A stretch of DNA of 64,000 bases from an uncultured delta proteobacterium (GCA_963803975.1 CAWDOY010000016.1:32001-96000); one strand, 5' to 3'. Numbered from the stretch's first letter, positions 35,682 through 45,177 are shown. The notes: a model not told the origin generated them from the sequence alone. Translations and numbers: made by a program.

Positions 35682-35855
35682 TTAATCTTCCATTGAGATG
35701 GCATTTTCCGGGCACTCATCCACGCAGGTGCCGCAGTCAACGCAGGTGTCGGCATCAATTTTGGCTTTCTCATTTACCGTTATTGCGTCCACGGGGCACA
35801 CCTCGGCGCAATTCCCGCACCCGGTGCATTTTTCAAGTTCAACCTTTGCTGCCAT
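35682..35855 (-). CDS. 2[4Fe-4S] ferredoxin
   Basis: CTGCGNCAEVCP and CVDCGTCVDECP; ATG 35855. Confidence 0.95.
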   Translation of the reverse strand: MAAKVELEKCTGCGNCAEVCPVDAITVNEKAKIDADTCVDCGTCVDECPENAISMED

Positions 35856-35971
35856 AGATAGTATCCTTTCCTTCAATACGTTAGCATCTCATGCTTCTCC
35901 GCGCGCAGAGAGCATTTCCAGGGTTTTGCCAGACCCCGGGCCTGGCGTTTTTGTTCTAAATTATATATGCA

Positions 35972-36205
35972 CTATTTGCCGGAAACGTGCAACTGCTGTT
36001 GCAGGGGAGCATTGTTTTTAACCGTCATTGACGTGCCGTGTTTTTTTAGCACTGGCGCGGCACTGTTTTTTACTGCATTCTGCATCCGGCACATGGTAAT
36101 TCCTCCAGCGGGGACCCCGCTGCCAAACTCGCAGCCTCAACAGCCGATTTCAAAAAAAACCAGCAGCGTTAGCAGAGCGCCGGTCAATAGAACTTTTACG
36201 TTCAT
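35972..36205 (-). CDS. Small exported/membrane protein with in-frame TGA (candidate selenoprotein)
   Basis: AAGGA RBS, MNVKVLLTGALLTLLVFFEIGC-TGA-GCEF, hairpin just downstream; reading frame sensitive to indel error. Confidence 0.4.
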
Positions 36206-36320
36206 ATCGTGTTTCCTTTATGTTTAATAAAGACCTGAATTATGACCAGGGATGTTTCGAAAATCTGCAGGAGCGTATTTATACACGCCTGTCGCGACTG
36301 AAGCCGCTCCAACCTCGTTT

Positions 36321-36623
36321 TTATTCTATCATTTCCCACAGGGTGATGGTGACCGGGCCGTCAAGAAGCTTTCCCGCCGCTGTCCATAAAGGTTTTTATA
36401 TAAGGCTTTTTCAGATGTTCATCAAGGTCTTTTTTATCCGCCCAGTGCTCGTAAAACATGAAGCTGGTTTTATCTTCCGCGGACTGATGCAGGATATAGG
36501 AAATGCAGCCGGGCTCTTTCCGGGTCGGTCCAATAAGGGCGGCAAGCTCCTGCTTCACCTGCGTTCTCCTTTCCCTGTTTTGCCTGCATCCGGGCAATGA
36601 CGCTTATGTTTTTGTTCAGCCAT
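36321..36623 (-). CDS. Antibiotic-biosynthesis-monooxygenase (putative quinol monooxygenase) protein, frameshifted
   Basis: PTRKEPGCISYILHQ, FMFYEHW...LDEH; N- and C-termini in other frames. Confidence 0.8.
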
Positions 36624-36658
36624 GGTAGACCTCCTTTAAAAAAGCTGTCAGCAGTCAG

Positions 36659-37531
36659 CTATATGTTGTTTTGTTCTGATGGCTCTGGCAGATACAGTTT
36701 TATCAACTCATCCCGCAAAAATTCAAACGCGCTGTCCACATCATCAAAAAAGTGGAACAGGTTCAGGTCTTCTTCGCTGATGGTCCCCCATTTGACCATG
36801 GCGTTAAAGTTGATAATCTCATTCCAGTACTCGGTGCCGTACAGAATGATGGGCATATACTTTTTTGTTTTTTCCGTCTGTACAATGGTCAGCAGCTCAA
36901 ACAGCTCATCCATGGTGCCAAAGCCGCCGGGAAATATAACGAGCGCTTTCCCCAGATAAAAGAACCAGTACTTGCGGACAAAAAAATAATGAAATTCAAA
37001 AGACAGCTCTTTTGTCTGAAAGGTATTCGGCGTCTGTTCGAAAGGAAGGCTTATGTTGAGGCCGATTGACGGGCCGCCGGCATTTTGCGCGCCGCGATTG
37101 GCTGCCTCCATGATTCCGGGGCCGCCGCCCGAACAGATATAGAATCGCTTTGCAGGGTCTTCAATGCTGAGAGACCATTGGGTGAGCTTTTCGGCCAGCA
37201 GCACCGCCTCCTCATAATAGCGTGACATGGTCAGGCCGCGACGGGCCTGCTCGATTTTCCCCTTGAGCATTTCCTGCGGCGCAGCGCCCGCAGCGCATTC
37301 ATTTTCAATCTGCCGCAGGTTCTTTTCCGCCGCTTCCCGCGTCATGATTCTGGTTGAGCCGAAAAAGACGATGGTATTCCGTACGCGAAGGTGCCGGAAG
37401 CGGGCGGCCGGCTCAAGAAATTCACACAGGACCCTGACGGTCCGCGCGTCAGGGCTGTTGAGGAATTCAAGATTTTTATAGGCTTTTATTGGCCAGGTGA
37501 GATTGTTATCATTATCAGAACTGTTATTCAT
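36659..37531 (-). CDS. LOG-family (Rossmann) protein
   Basis: FGSTR, SGGGPGIMEAANRGA, FHYFFVRK, PGGFGTMDE. Confidence 0.92.
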   Translation of the reverse strand: MNNSSDNDNNLTWPIKAYKNLEFLNSPDARTVRVLCEFLEPAARFRHLRVRNTIVFFGSTRIMTREAAEKNLRQIENECAAGAAPQEMLKGKIEQARRGLTMSRYYEEAVLLAEKLTQWSLSIEDPAKRFYICSGGGPGIMEAANRGAQNAGGPSIGLNISLPFEQTPNTFQTKELSFEFHYFFVRKYWFFYLGKALVIFPGGFGTMDELFELLTIVQTEKTKKYMPIILYGTEYWNEIINFNAMVKWGTISEEDLNLFHFFDDVDSAFEFLRDELIKLYLPEPSEQNNI

Positions 37532-37569
37532 TGTTCAGCTCCCGGTGCTGCAGCATTTGATTAAAATTG

Positions 37570-37851
37570 AACCACAGAGGGCACAGAGAATTCTGTATTT
37601 TCATCATATTGAAATAACACTCATGCCTGCTCTGTGTCCTCATAATTTTAAACACTTTATTTTATCTCATAATAACTGATTAAGCACTCAACTCTTAATC
37701 TAAATGCCCCGCTCATAATGTGTATAATCGTTTTTTGTATTCAGCAAATAATTCTATATTGTTCAGCAAGGTTACTACGTAATCGTACATATAAACTATA
37801 GCGTTTTAAATTATTGGAGAACACAGAGGTTTTCCTGAGTTCTCAGTGGTT
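37570..37851. repeat. AT-rich segment bounded by nested inverted repeats
   Basis: AACCACAGAG...CTCAGTGGTT outer pair; inner imperfect pair ~37630-37653 / ~37803-37828. Confidence 0.6.
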
Positions 37852-37897
37852 TTATGCCTTTACCATGCAGGGTGTTGTTGTTTGATGTGCATTGATA

Positions 37898-38735
37898 TCA
37901 CAGTAACTTGAAGGCATCAAGCAGCGGCAGCAGATGCATTCGCCCGTGCCTGCCGGCTTCAGGGGTTATCAGTATAGGGATAGAGCTCCAGGCTTATGTC
38001 GCCCTGGTACTTAAGCCGCGCCATGGCGGCAAGCACTTCCGTAAAATTGATAGCGCCGAGGCCCGGTATGAGATGATTGTGCAAGCGGTCTGCAGCGATG
38101 TCTTCAATGTGCACGTGCCCTACCCAGGGGAACAGCTTTTCAAAGGCAGCAGCCGGGTTTTCGCCGGCACAGAAGAAGTGGCCGATGTCAAAATTGATCC
38201 CCACGTATTCTGACGGGATAGCGTTTATAAATGAGAGCATCTGGCCTGAGTTCTCAATGAGCAGCAGCGGCTCCGGCTCAATCAGCAGACGAACCCCAAG
38301 CGCTTCAGCTTCAGGCAGCACCTGCTCAAGGCCCTTTCTGAAGAGACGCAAGGCATCCTGTTCCGGCAACACTCCGGCGCGTCCGCCCGGAGGGATAGAA
38401 ATGTTTTTGCAGCCAAGCTCTGCTGCCAGGTGCAGGCAGCTCCTGGTATGCTCAATCCGGATGCTGCGCTGATTCCGGTCATCATCAATCCACGACGGCA
38501 GGATTACATCGCCGACAGCATAGAGGGTGAATGAGTTGAGGTTGGTCACCTTAAGATTCAGGCCGGAAAGCCGCTTCCGTAGCTGCGCGATGTCCGGCTT
38601 ATGCCACTCGGGCGGGTAGAGGTGCGGCCGGTCACACATGATCTCAACTCCGGTAAAGCCGATATCAGCAATCATCTGCAGCGCGGTGAAGAGATCAAAG
38701 CGGGTGTAGGCATTGGTAGAGTAGCCGAAGGTCAT
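37898..38735 (-). CDS. Sugar phosphate isomerase/epimerase (xylose-isomerase-like TIM barrel), C-terminal frameshift
   Basis: IEPEP, NFDIGH, HVHIED, H.HLIPG.G, SLELY. Confidence 0.85.
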
Positions 38736-38752
38736 GGTAAACGTTATACTCC

Positions 38753-39472
38753 CTATGCAGGTGCCGGCCCGGAAGAAGACCTCTGCAGCTCAGCAGGAAC
38801 TGCCCCGCTTGAAGAGTCTTCCTTGAAAATATCTTCATAGGCAATGGTTACCGCGTATATGGTCCAGGGAATGGTAACAAACAGCCCGATGAACAGCGGA
38901 ATACAGGCGACTGCATTTATAACCAGCAGCACGACGCAGAACGCAGCCATGCCGAACCAGTGCTTATTGACTTTCTTTCTGCTTATCTCCATGGCAGGCC
39001 AGAAATCTATATTTTTGTCCACGATGATATAGGGCGCAAACAGGTAGGCAACCGTCACATAAATGCCCGGCAGGACCAAGAGCAGGAAGCCAATGAGAAT
39101 AAATGTCGTTGAAACGATGGTGAAGAGCAGCAGCGGCACCAGATGCCTGAAGCCCCAGAAGAAGCGCACAAACTCTGTTTTCTGATTTCTGCAGAGCATG
39201 AGGGCGATGATGATAAAACCGGCCAGAAGCGGGATGCTGATGACGGTGCTGCCAATGCCGAACGGAATAAGGAAGGTTGCCGCTGCATAGGCAATCACGG
39301 CAATAACGGCAAATACAATGGACGGTCCGGCATCCTTTTTAAACAGCTCCCATCCTTTTTTCAGCCACTCGGTGATGGCGACCGGATAGTCACGGGCAAT
39401 CAGAGCCTGAAAATCCTCCACGCTTTTTTTTGACGGCGCAATAAAAAAATCGCTACTGGTAGTATCAGCCAT
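38753..39472 (-). CDS. Integral membrane protein
   Basis: Several TM segments, LLVLPGIY, AMEISRK. Confidence 0.75.
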   Translation of the reverse strand: MADTTSSDFFIAPSKKSVEDFQALIARDYPVAITEWLKKGWELFKKDAGPSIVFAVIAVIAYAAATFLIPFGIGSTVISIPLLAGFIIIALMLCRNQKTEFVRFFWGFRHLVPLLLFTIVSTTFILIGFLLLVLPGIYVTVAYLFAPYIIVDKNIDFWPAMEISRKKVNKHWFGMAAFCVVLLVINAVACIPLFIGLFVTIPWTIYAVTIAYEDIFKEDSSSGAVPAELQRSSSGPAPA

Positions 39473-39589
39473 ACGCCACCTCTCCGGTAATTTTTTGTTG
39501 ATAAATCAATTTCATTGTTATAACTTTTTCAACTATACATCCAACGCTCCGGATAATGCAATAATTTCATAGGGAACCCGGGAATAGAC

Positions 39590-40987
39590 ATGAACGGAAA
39601 AGCTCCTGCGACAGAAGAACAGATTATTGACCGGCATATCGCAAGCTCCACAGAAGGCTTTGCCGCCCTGAAAACGATTACCGACTTCTGCTGTATCGGA
39701 TGCGGCCTGTGCGCGAGCGTATGCCCGGAAAACTCAATCAAGATCGATGATATACTGAAAAAACCGGTTCTGTCCGGGAAATGCACCCGCTGCGGGCTCT
39801 GCTACCTTGCCTGCCCGCGCAGTTTTCTTCCCCTGTCCCGGATTAATGAACACTATTTTGGCCCGGAGCAGGGCGAGGAAGAAGAGCGGCTCGGGAAATT
39901 TGTTGATTTTTTTGTCTCCCGCTCTCTTAACGAACAGATATACCGCGAAGGAACCCCCGGCGGCACAACCACGGCCCTTATCCATTTTCTCCTGGATGAG
40001 CGGCTATGTGGACGCAGCGCTTCTCACCAGAGGACGGCACCGTGATGTCCGCTACTGCATGCATCCGCAGCCGTATATCGCAACCTCGGCGGCAGAGGTG
40101 CTCGAGAGCTCCCATTCAAAATTTGAACTCAGCCCGGTGCTGGCAAAGCTTAAGGATCTGGGCAGCTATCAAAAAAGCGCTGTTGTCGGCACGCCCTGTC
40201 AGATCCTCGCTTTGCGCAAGCTCCAGGTTGTAAGCAAAGACCCGCTGCTGCGCGCGCGCATGCCGGAGCTTGCCCGGATTGCAGGGAAACTCACCGTACC
40301 AATCACCTGCGCCATCTCCATAAACTGCTTTTTAAACCATACCAGCATGGACGGGCCTACGCCTGGCTTGGCATTGATGAGCGGCAGCTCATTCGCTTTA
40401 ACGAAAACGTGTCCAAGGATCTGTACGAAAAAGCTTTTGCTGCGGGAAAAGACTGGCGCTGGTTTTTCCGCAACAACTATGTCACCGCAGACGGCTTTGA
40501 ACAGGACTATGATGTCAACGAACTTGGCGTGCGGGTGCTTCCCAGCGGCTGCCTCCTCTGCAATAACCTGATTGTGAGCAAGCAGGCTGATGCAAGCATC
40601 GGGTTTTTCGGTGCTGAGACAGGAGTTAAGGAGGTGGGCTGGAACACCATGGTAATCATGCACCCGGAGCTTAAGAAGGTTGTCGATGCAATGGTTGCGC
40701 AAGGAAAGCTTGAACGCAAACCCGTGTTGCGGGGTTACGGCAGAACACTGAGGAAAGTGCTGGAAAAGCTCATGCCGGCCCTTGATGTGATGGGCGTTGA
40801 AGGCTATCTGCAGACCGGGACATGGCGCTATCCCCGGCCGCTGCGGCTGGCAAAGGGGCCGCGCAAGACCTACATCCTCGGCCTTGAAATGCTGTACCTG
40901 GGGCAGACCATCAGGAGGAAATTTTTCACCGAGGGCCCGCTTAAAGCGCTGAAAAAGGCTGGGGCGTATATACCGACGGTGTACTAA
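39590..40987 (+). CDS. F420 hydrogenase beta-subunit (FrhB/FdhB)-like protein with N-terminal ferredoxin domain, two frameshifts
   Basis: CIGCGLCASVCP, CTRCGLCYLACP, GGTTTAL, VGTPCQI, GCLLC, ASIG; frame changes near 40000 and 40345. Confidence 0.8.
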
Positions 40988-40988
40988 A

Positions 40989-41076
40989 AGGGTTCGAGGA
41001 TTCAAGGATTCGAGGGGTCAAGTGAAATATGTGTACATAATCATCAATCACTGGAACCCTAGACCCCTTGAACCCT
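40989..41076. repeat. Octamer tandem repeats forming an inverted hairpin between convergent genes
   Basis: GGGTTCGA GGATTCAA GGATTCGA GGGGTCAA GTGA, then inverted TCAC TGGAACCC TAGACCCC TTGAACCC. Confidence 0.7.
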
Positions 41077-41080
41077 GCTT

Positions 41081-42355
41081 TTATGTTTTTTTTCTAAATG
41101 CCGGGATATGCCTGGCACACAGCAGTGCGCCTGCAACGCAGGCGAGCCCGCCGAGCAGCAGGGTGTTTGGAGCTCCTATCCGGTGCGCCAGCCCCCCAGC
41201 CAGCAGGCTGCCAAAAGGCGCCATGCCCATGAAGGCCATGGTGTAAAAGCTCATCACCCGTCCCCGCTTATCATCATCCACAGTAGTCTGCAGGCTGGTA
41301 TTGGACAGGGCCATCTGTACCATCAGTCCGAATCCGGTCATTAACATCAGCGCGAAAGAATATATAAACACCCGGGAAAAAGAAAACGCGATAAGGCCGG
41401 TGCCGAAGATAGCCGCTGCCACGGGAATAAGCCTGCCGGTTCCGGAAAAATCCCTGCGCGAGGCGAGAAAAAGGGCGCCGGTCAGCGCGCCGATCCCTGA
41501 TGCAGCCATAAGAAAGCCAAGGGTTGACGGCCCGCCGTGCAGTATCTCCTTGGCAAAAATGGGCATGAGCACAACATAGGGCATTCCCACCAGGCTGACG
41601 AGTGCGACCAGCAGCAACAGCGAGCGGATAGGGACATGGTTGTAGACATAGGTGAACCCTTCCCTGAGTTCCTGGAGAACAGGGGTCTTCTGCACGGTAT
41701 GCTCCTTGGGGGTAATGGTCATGGCCCTGAGCGCGGCGATGATGGCCAGGTAGGACAGTCCGTTAATGAGAAAACATATTCCCTCCCCGGTTGCGGCAAT
41801 TATAATTCCCGCAAGAGACGGACCAATCAGCCGCGAGCCGTTAAAAATTGCCGAGTTAAGTGCAATGGCATTGCCCAGATCCTCTTTCTGCTCGATCATG
41901 TCAACAACGAATGACTGCCGTGCCGGCGCGTCAAATGCGTTCACCAGACCGGAAAAGAACGCCAGCGCCAGCAGATGCCACACTTCCACCGCGCCGCTCA
42001 GCACCAGCCCTGCCAGGGTCAGCGACTGCAGCATGAGCAGCGCCTGCGTGCAGATCAGCATGGAGCGGCGGTTCCACCGGTCCGCGTACACTCCGGCAAT
42101 AGGGGACAGGATAAAGGAGGGGATTTGATTAACAAAACCAATAACGCCCAGCATCATTGCCGAATTGGTCAGGCGGTAGACCAGCCAGCTCATGGCAACC
42201 GACTGCATCCACATGCCGATCAGAGAAACACCCTGGCCGACAAAAAAGAGCCGGTAATTTTTATACTTTAAGGCCCGCAGAATCAGCTTTAAGCCGAAAG
42301 GTTCATACGCGCCTGCCGGTTCCCTGCCATCACCTGTAATTAAGCCGTTTGCCAC
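41081..42355 (-). CDS. MFS transporter
   Basis: NYRLFF.GQ..S..G.WMQ, GVYADRWNRR, AFDAPARQS, RGRVMS. Confidence 0.92.
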   Translation of the reverse strand: MANGLITGDGREPAGAYEPFGLKLILRALKYKNYRLFFVGQGVSLIGMWMQSVAMSWLVYRLTNSAMMLGVIGFVNQIPSFILSPIAGVYADRWNRRSMLICTQALLMLQSLTLAGLVLSGAVEVWHLLALAFFSGLVNAFDAPARQSFVVDMIEQKEDLGNAIALNSAIFNGSRLIGPSLAGIIIAATGEGICFLINGLSYLAIIAALRAMTITPKEHTVQKTPVLQELREGFTYVYNHVPIRSLLLLVALVSLVGMPYVVLMPIFAKEILHGGPSTLGFLMAASGIGALTGALFLASRRDFSGTGRLIPVAAAIFGTGLIAFSFSRVFIYSFALMLMTGFGLMVQMALSNTSLQTTVDDDKRGRVMSFYTMAFMGMAPFGSLLAGGLAHRIGAPNTLLLGGLACVAGALLCARHIPAFRKKT

Positions 42356-42559
42356 TGTTACTGCTGCCTTTCCGGGTCAGTTTGAGAACGCTGTTCTACC
42401 GTTGTAAGACCGTAATCTGCACGCAGGGCAGATAATTATACAATATCAATACTACCATATTTTTCAGCAAACCTGTAGCGATAGAATAGTGCAGCATTAC
42501 CGTGCCGGAGCGTGTCGTGACTGTTTTAGGAAAAATAAGAAAAAAAGCCTATTTTGGGC

Positions 42560-42588
42560 TTGAGTTACGGATAAAAAAGGTTTATATT
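42560..42588 (+). promoter_or_regulatory. Sigma70-type promoter upstream of the Mg transporter leader
   Basis: TTGAGT-17 nt-TATATT. Confidence 0.55.
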
Positions 42589-42665
42589 TTCAACACGGTT
42601 AACTTTCTATACCGATATCTATTAGATTATCTCGAGGAGAAAAAGAATAAACCATGGAGTTAAGC

Positions 42666-42719
42666 ATGGAAGACGACCCTGCGGATACAACCTTGATCGG
42701 GAGGCACAGACTTTTATAG
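42666..42719 (+). CDS. Putative leader peptide MEDDPADTTLIGRHRLL
   Basis: GGAG RBS, 17 codons, contains the antiterminator strand. Confidence 0.6.
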   Translation: MEDDPADTTLIGRHRLL

Positions 42720-42744
42720 CATGACTATATAGGTATAGCACACC

Positions 42745-42775
42745 GCCTCCTGTATCAATACAAGGAGGCTTTTTT
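42745..42775 (+). terminator. Attenuator terminator / RBS-sequestering hairpin
   Basis: GCCTCCTGTA-TCAA-TACA(A)GGAGGC plus T6 directly before ATG 42776. Confidence 0.8.
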
Positions 42776-44140
42776 ATGAAAAATCCACTGCTCGTACCAG
42801 AGTTTCGCGAAATGCTCGCAGCAAACAATTTCGAAGAGCTGCAGAGCTTCTGCGAATCAACCCCGCCAGCAGTTGTAGCAGACTTCCTCGGAGCCATGAC
42901 TCCGCAGGAGGTGTGGGAAATACTACTCACTATATCCCCGGAAACACGCTCTCTTATTTTCAGCAGTTTTGATGAGGATGTCAGGATTGATCTGCTTGAG
43001 GTCCTGCACCATGATGAGCTCGTTGATGTTATTGCCAACCTGCCGGATGAGCAGCGGCTCAGCTTTATTCAGGAACTCCCCCTGGACATAGTAAAAAAAC
43101 TGAACTCATCTCTGCTTACGCTCCAGCCTGCAGAAGCAGCGCCGGCGCTAAAGCTTGTTGACGGCGCAACTGCACCGGCAGAGATGCGCATTCCGGCGAC
43201 CATCGAAGGTGTTGCTATCTACAACACCATCAATAGCAAGCTGCACCAGATCGACGCCATCGGGCGGCACAGCTGGATCAATGTTGTCAACCCGAAACAG
43301 GAGGAGCTGTCCTTTCTCTCCCGGCAGTTCAGTATCCCCATGGACTTTCTGATGGCATCACTTGATATTGATGAGCGGGCGCGCATCGAGGTTGAGGATG
43401 ACGCAACCCTCATCATCTTGAAAATCCCGGTCTTTGATGAAAGCAATCCTGATGTTTTATATGTTACGCTGCCCATAGGCATCATCCTGCTCAAAGACCG
43501 CATTATTACGGTATGCGCCAAGGAAACTGATATTCTCGCTGATTTTATTGATAACAAGATAAAGCATTTCTCAACCGCCAATGTTCACCGGTTTATCCTG
43601 CAGATATTTCTGCGCACCGTGCTCATGTACCTGCAGTATTTAAAGCAGATACATAACGCAAGCAACATTATCCAGAAAAAGGTCGAGCAGGCATCTAAAA
43701 ACCAGCAGCTTATCAAACTACTGAATATCGAGAAGAGCCTCGTCTACTTTACCACGTCGCTGAAATCAAACCAGCTCATGCTGGAACGGCTGCAGAAGAT
43801 GAAAATCCTGAAGATGGACGAGGAAAATGAAGACCTGTTTGAAGATATAATAACGGAGAGCAAGCAGGCAATCGAAATGGCAAACGTTTACAGTGACATC
43901 TTAAGCGGCATGATGGATGCCTTTGCCTCGATTATCTCAAATAATTTAAACATCGTGATGAAAATCCTTACCCTCATCACCATCATCCTGTCGATACCCG
44001 TGGTATTTTCCAGCCTCTACGGGATGAATGTGAAGCTGCCCTTCCAGGAATCGCCATTTGCTTTCTTAATCGTAATAGGCAGCTCTCTGGTGCTGGCGCT
44101 TATCGGCATTCTTATCTTTATCAGGAACAAATGGCTTTGA
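42776..44140 (+). CDS. corA: CorA-family Mg transporter fused to an MgtE-like N-terminal domain
   Basis: C-terminal YGMNV and two TM helices, LDIDERARIE; N-terminal helical MgtE_N-like region. Confidence 0.85.
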   Translation: MKNPLLVPEFREMLAANNFEELQSFCESTPPAVVADFLGAMTPQEVWEILLTISPETRSLIFSSFDEDVRIDLLEVLHHDELVDVIANLPDEQRLSFIQELPLDIVKKLNSSLLTLQPAEAAPALKLVDGATAPAEMRIPATIEGVAIYNTINSKLHQIDAIGRHSWINVVNPKQEELSFLSRQFSIPMDFLMASLDIDERARIEVEDDATLIILKIPVFDESNPDVLYVTLPIGIILLKDRIITVCAKETDILADFIDNKIKHFSTANVHRFILQIFLRTVLMYLQYLKQIHNASNIIQKKVEQASKNQQLIKLLNIEKSLVYFTTSLKSNQLMLERLQKMKILKMDEENEDLFEDIITESKQAIEMANVYSDILSGMMDAFASIISNNLNIVMKILTLITIILSIPVVFSSLYGMNVKLPFQESPFAFLIVIGSSLVLALIGILIFIRNKWL

Positions 44141-44238
44141 AACAGGGGGATTGCCGGGGCAGGTAATTTCAGGGATGTTACCGGGAGGGCAGCAGGGTTC
44201 AGGGGCGCTCAACCCGGCTGCCCTGAGGTGATGGCAGT

Positions 44239-44937
44239 TTATTCAGATGAGAGGAAATTTTTGTAGCGCCGTTTAGCCCACACGGTCGCGCCGAGCGCAA
44301 CAGCTGCAGCGCCTGCCAGCAGCAGGACACTCCACGCATCGGGTTTTATCAGCGTTTTTTCCACGCTGTATTCAAGTGCCGTCATGATAACCACACCGGG
44401 CAGCAGCCCCACCAGCGTCCCTGCCATATAGTCCCGGAAACGCATGCGAAAAGCACCTGCCACCAGGTTGACCACCGTGTACGGGGCAGCCGGCAGAAAG
44501 CGAAACAAGGCAACCATGAGAAACCCGTGCTGCATAAGCCTGCTCTCTATGGCGCGGGCCCTGCTGCCGGCAATGCGGGACACGGTTTCGCTGCCCATGC
44601 CCCGGCCGATTACATAGCACAGGCCAGCACTCGCCAGGCAGCCCAGCAGCGCGTATGCCGGCCCGAGAAACGGGCCGTAGATGAGGGCGGTGACGGGAAT
44701 AAGGACCACAATGGGGAACATGACCAGCCCGCCGAGCACATACACGGCAATAACCTGGAGCGGCCCGAAGGCCCCGGCGCTTAAGTCCTTCATAAACGGC
44801 AGCACGCTCGCCGGGTCGGCGAAGCTTTTAAGCGGCGTCCAGTGCCATGCCGCGGCAAGGCCGCAGAGGGCGAGCAGCACGCCGAAGAGCTGCAGCAGCT
44901 TTACGGTTTCAGGTTTTTGCGAAAAGAGATCAGACAT
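44239..44937 (-). CDS. TVP38/TMEM64 (VTT/DedA-like) membrane protein
   Basis: RFLPAAPYTVVN..AG, Y.AGTLVGLLPG. Confidence 0.85.
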   Translation of the reverse strand: MSDLFSQKPETVKLLQLFGVLLALCGLAAAWHWTPLKSFADPASVLPFMKDLSAGAFGPLQVIAVYVLGGLVMFPIVVLIPVTALIYGPFLGPAYALLGCLASAGLCYVIGRGMGSETVSRIAGSRARAIESRLMQHGFLMVALFRFLPAAPYTVVNLVAGAFRMRFRDYMAGTLVGLLPGVVIMTALEYSVEKTLIKPDAWSVLLLAGAAAVALGATVWAKRRYKNFLSSE

Positions 44938-44969
44938 TTTCCCTGTATGCCTTTTTAAAGTACTACTAA

Positions 44970-45120
44970 CAGGTTGTTGAAAAAATAATCTTTTCCAGGC
45001 TGGTTAAAAACATCCAGATGCAAGGCGCGCGAAATCCTGAGGAATGAGTCGTACATTACCGTACGTCGCAATGACGAAGGATGAGCGCAACGAAGCAGAT
45101 GGGTGTTTTTCAGCAGCCTG
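44970..45120 (+). mobile_element. MITE-like repeat, copy 2
   Basis: Terminal inverted repeats, flanked by CTAA on both sides. Confidence 0.85.
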
Positions 45121-45177
45121 CTAAAAAGTATGATATGATACATGCTCCAATGTCAATCCATATCTTTTGTTTCCTCC

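Noticed and set aside
37898..37961. TGA ending the isomerase ORF as possible Sec
   Set aside because: Not a Cys position, and a one-base shift restores a plausible C-terminus (…MHLLPLLDAFKLL).
42595..42775. M-box (ykoK) riboswitch upstream of the Mg transporter
   Set aside because: No recognisable M-box conserved blocks by eye; the uORF attenuator explains the leader. An Rfam scan would settle it.
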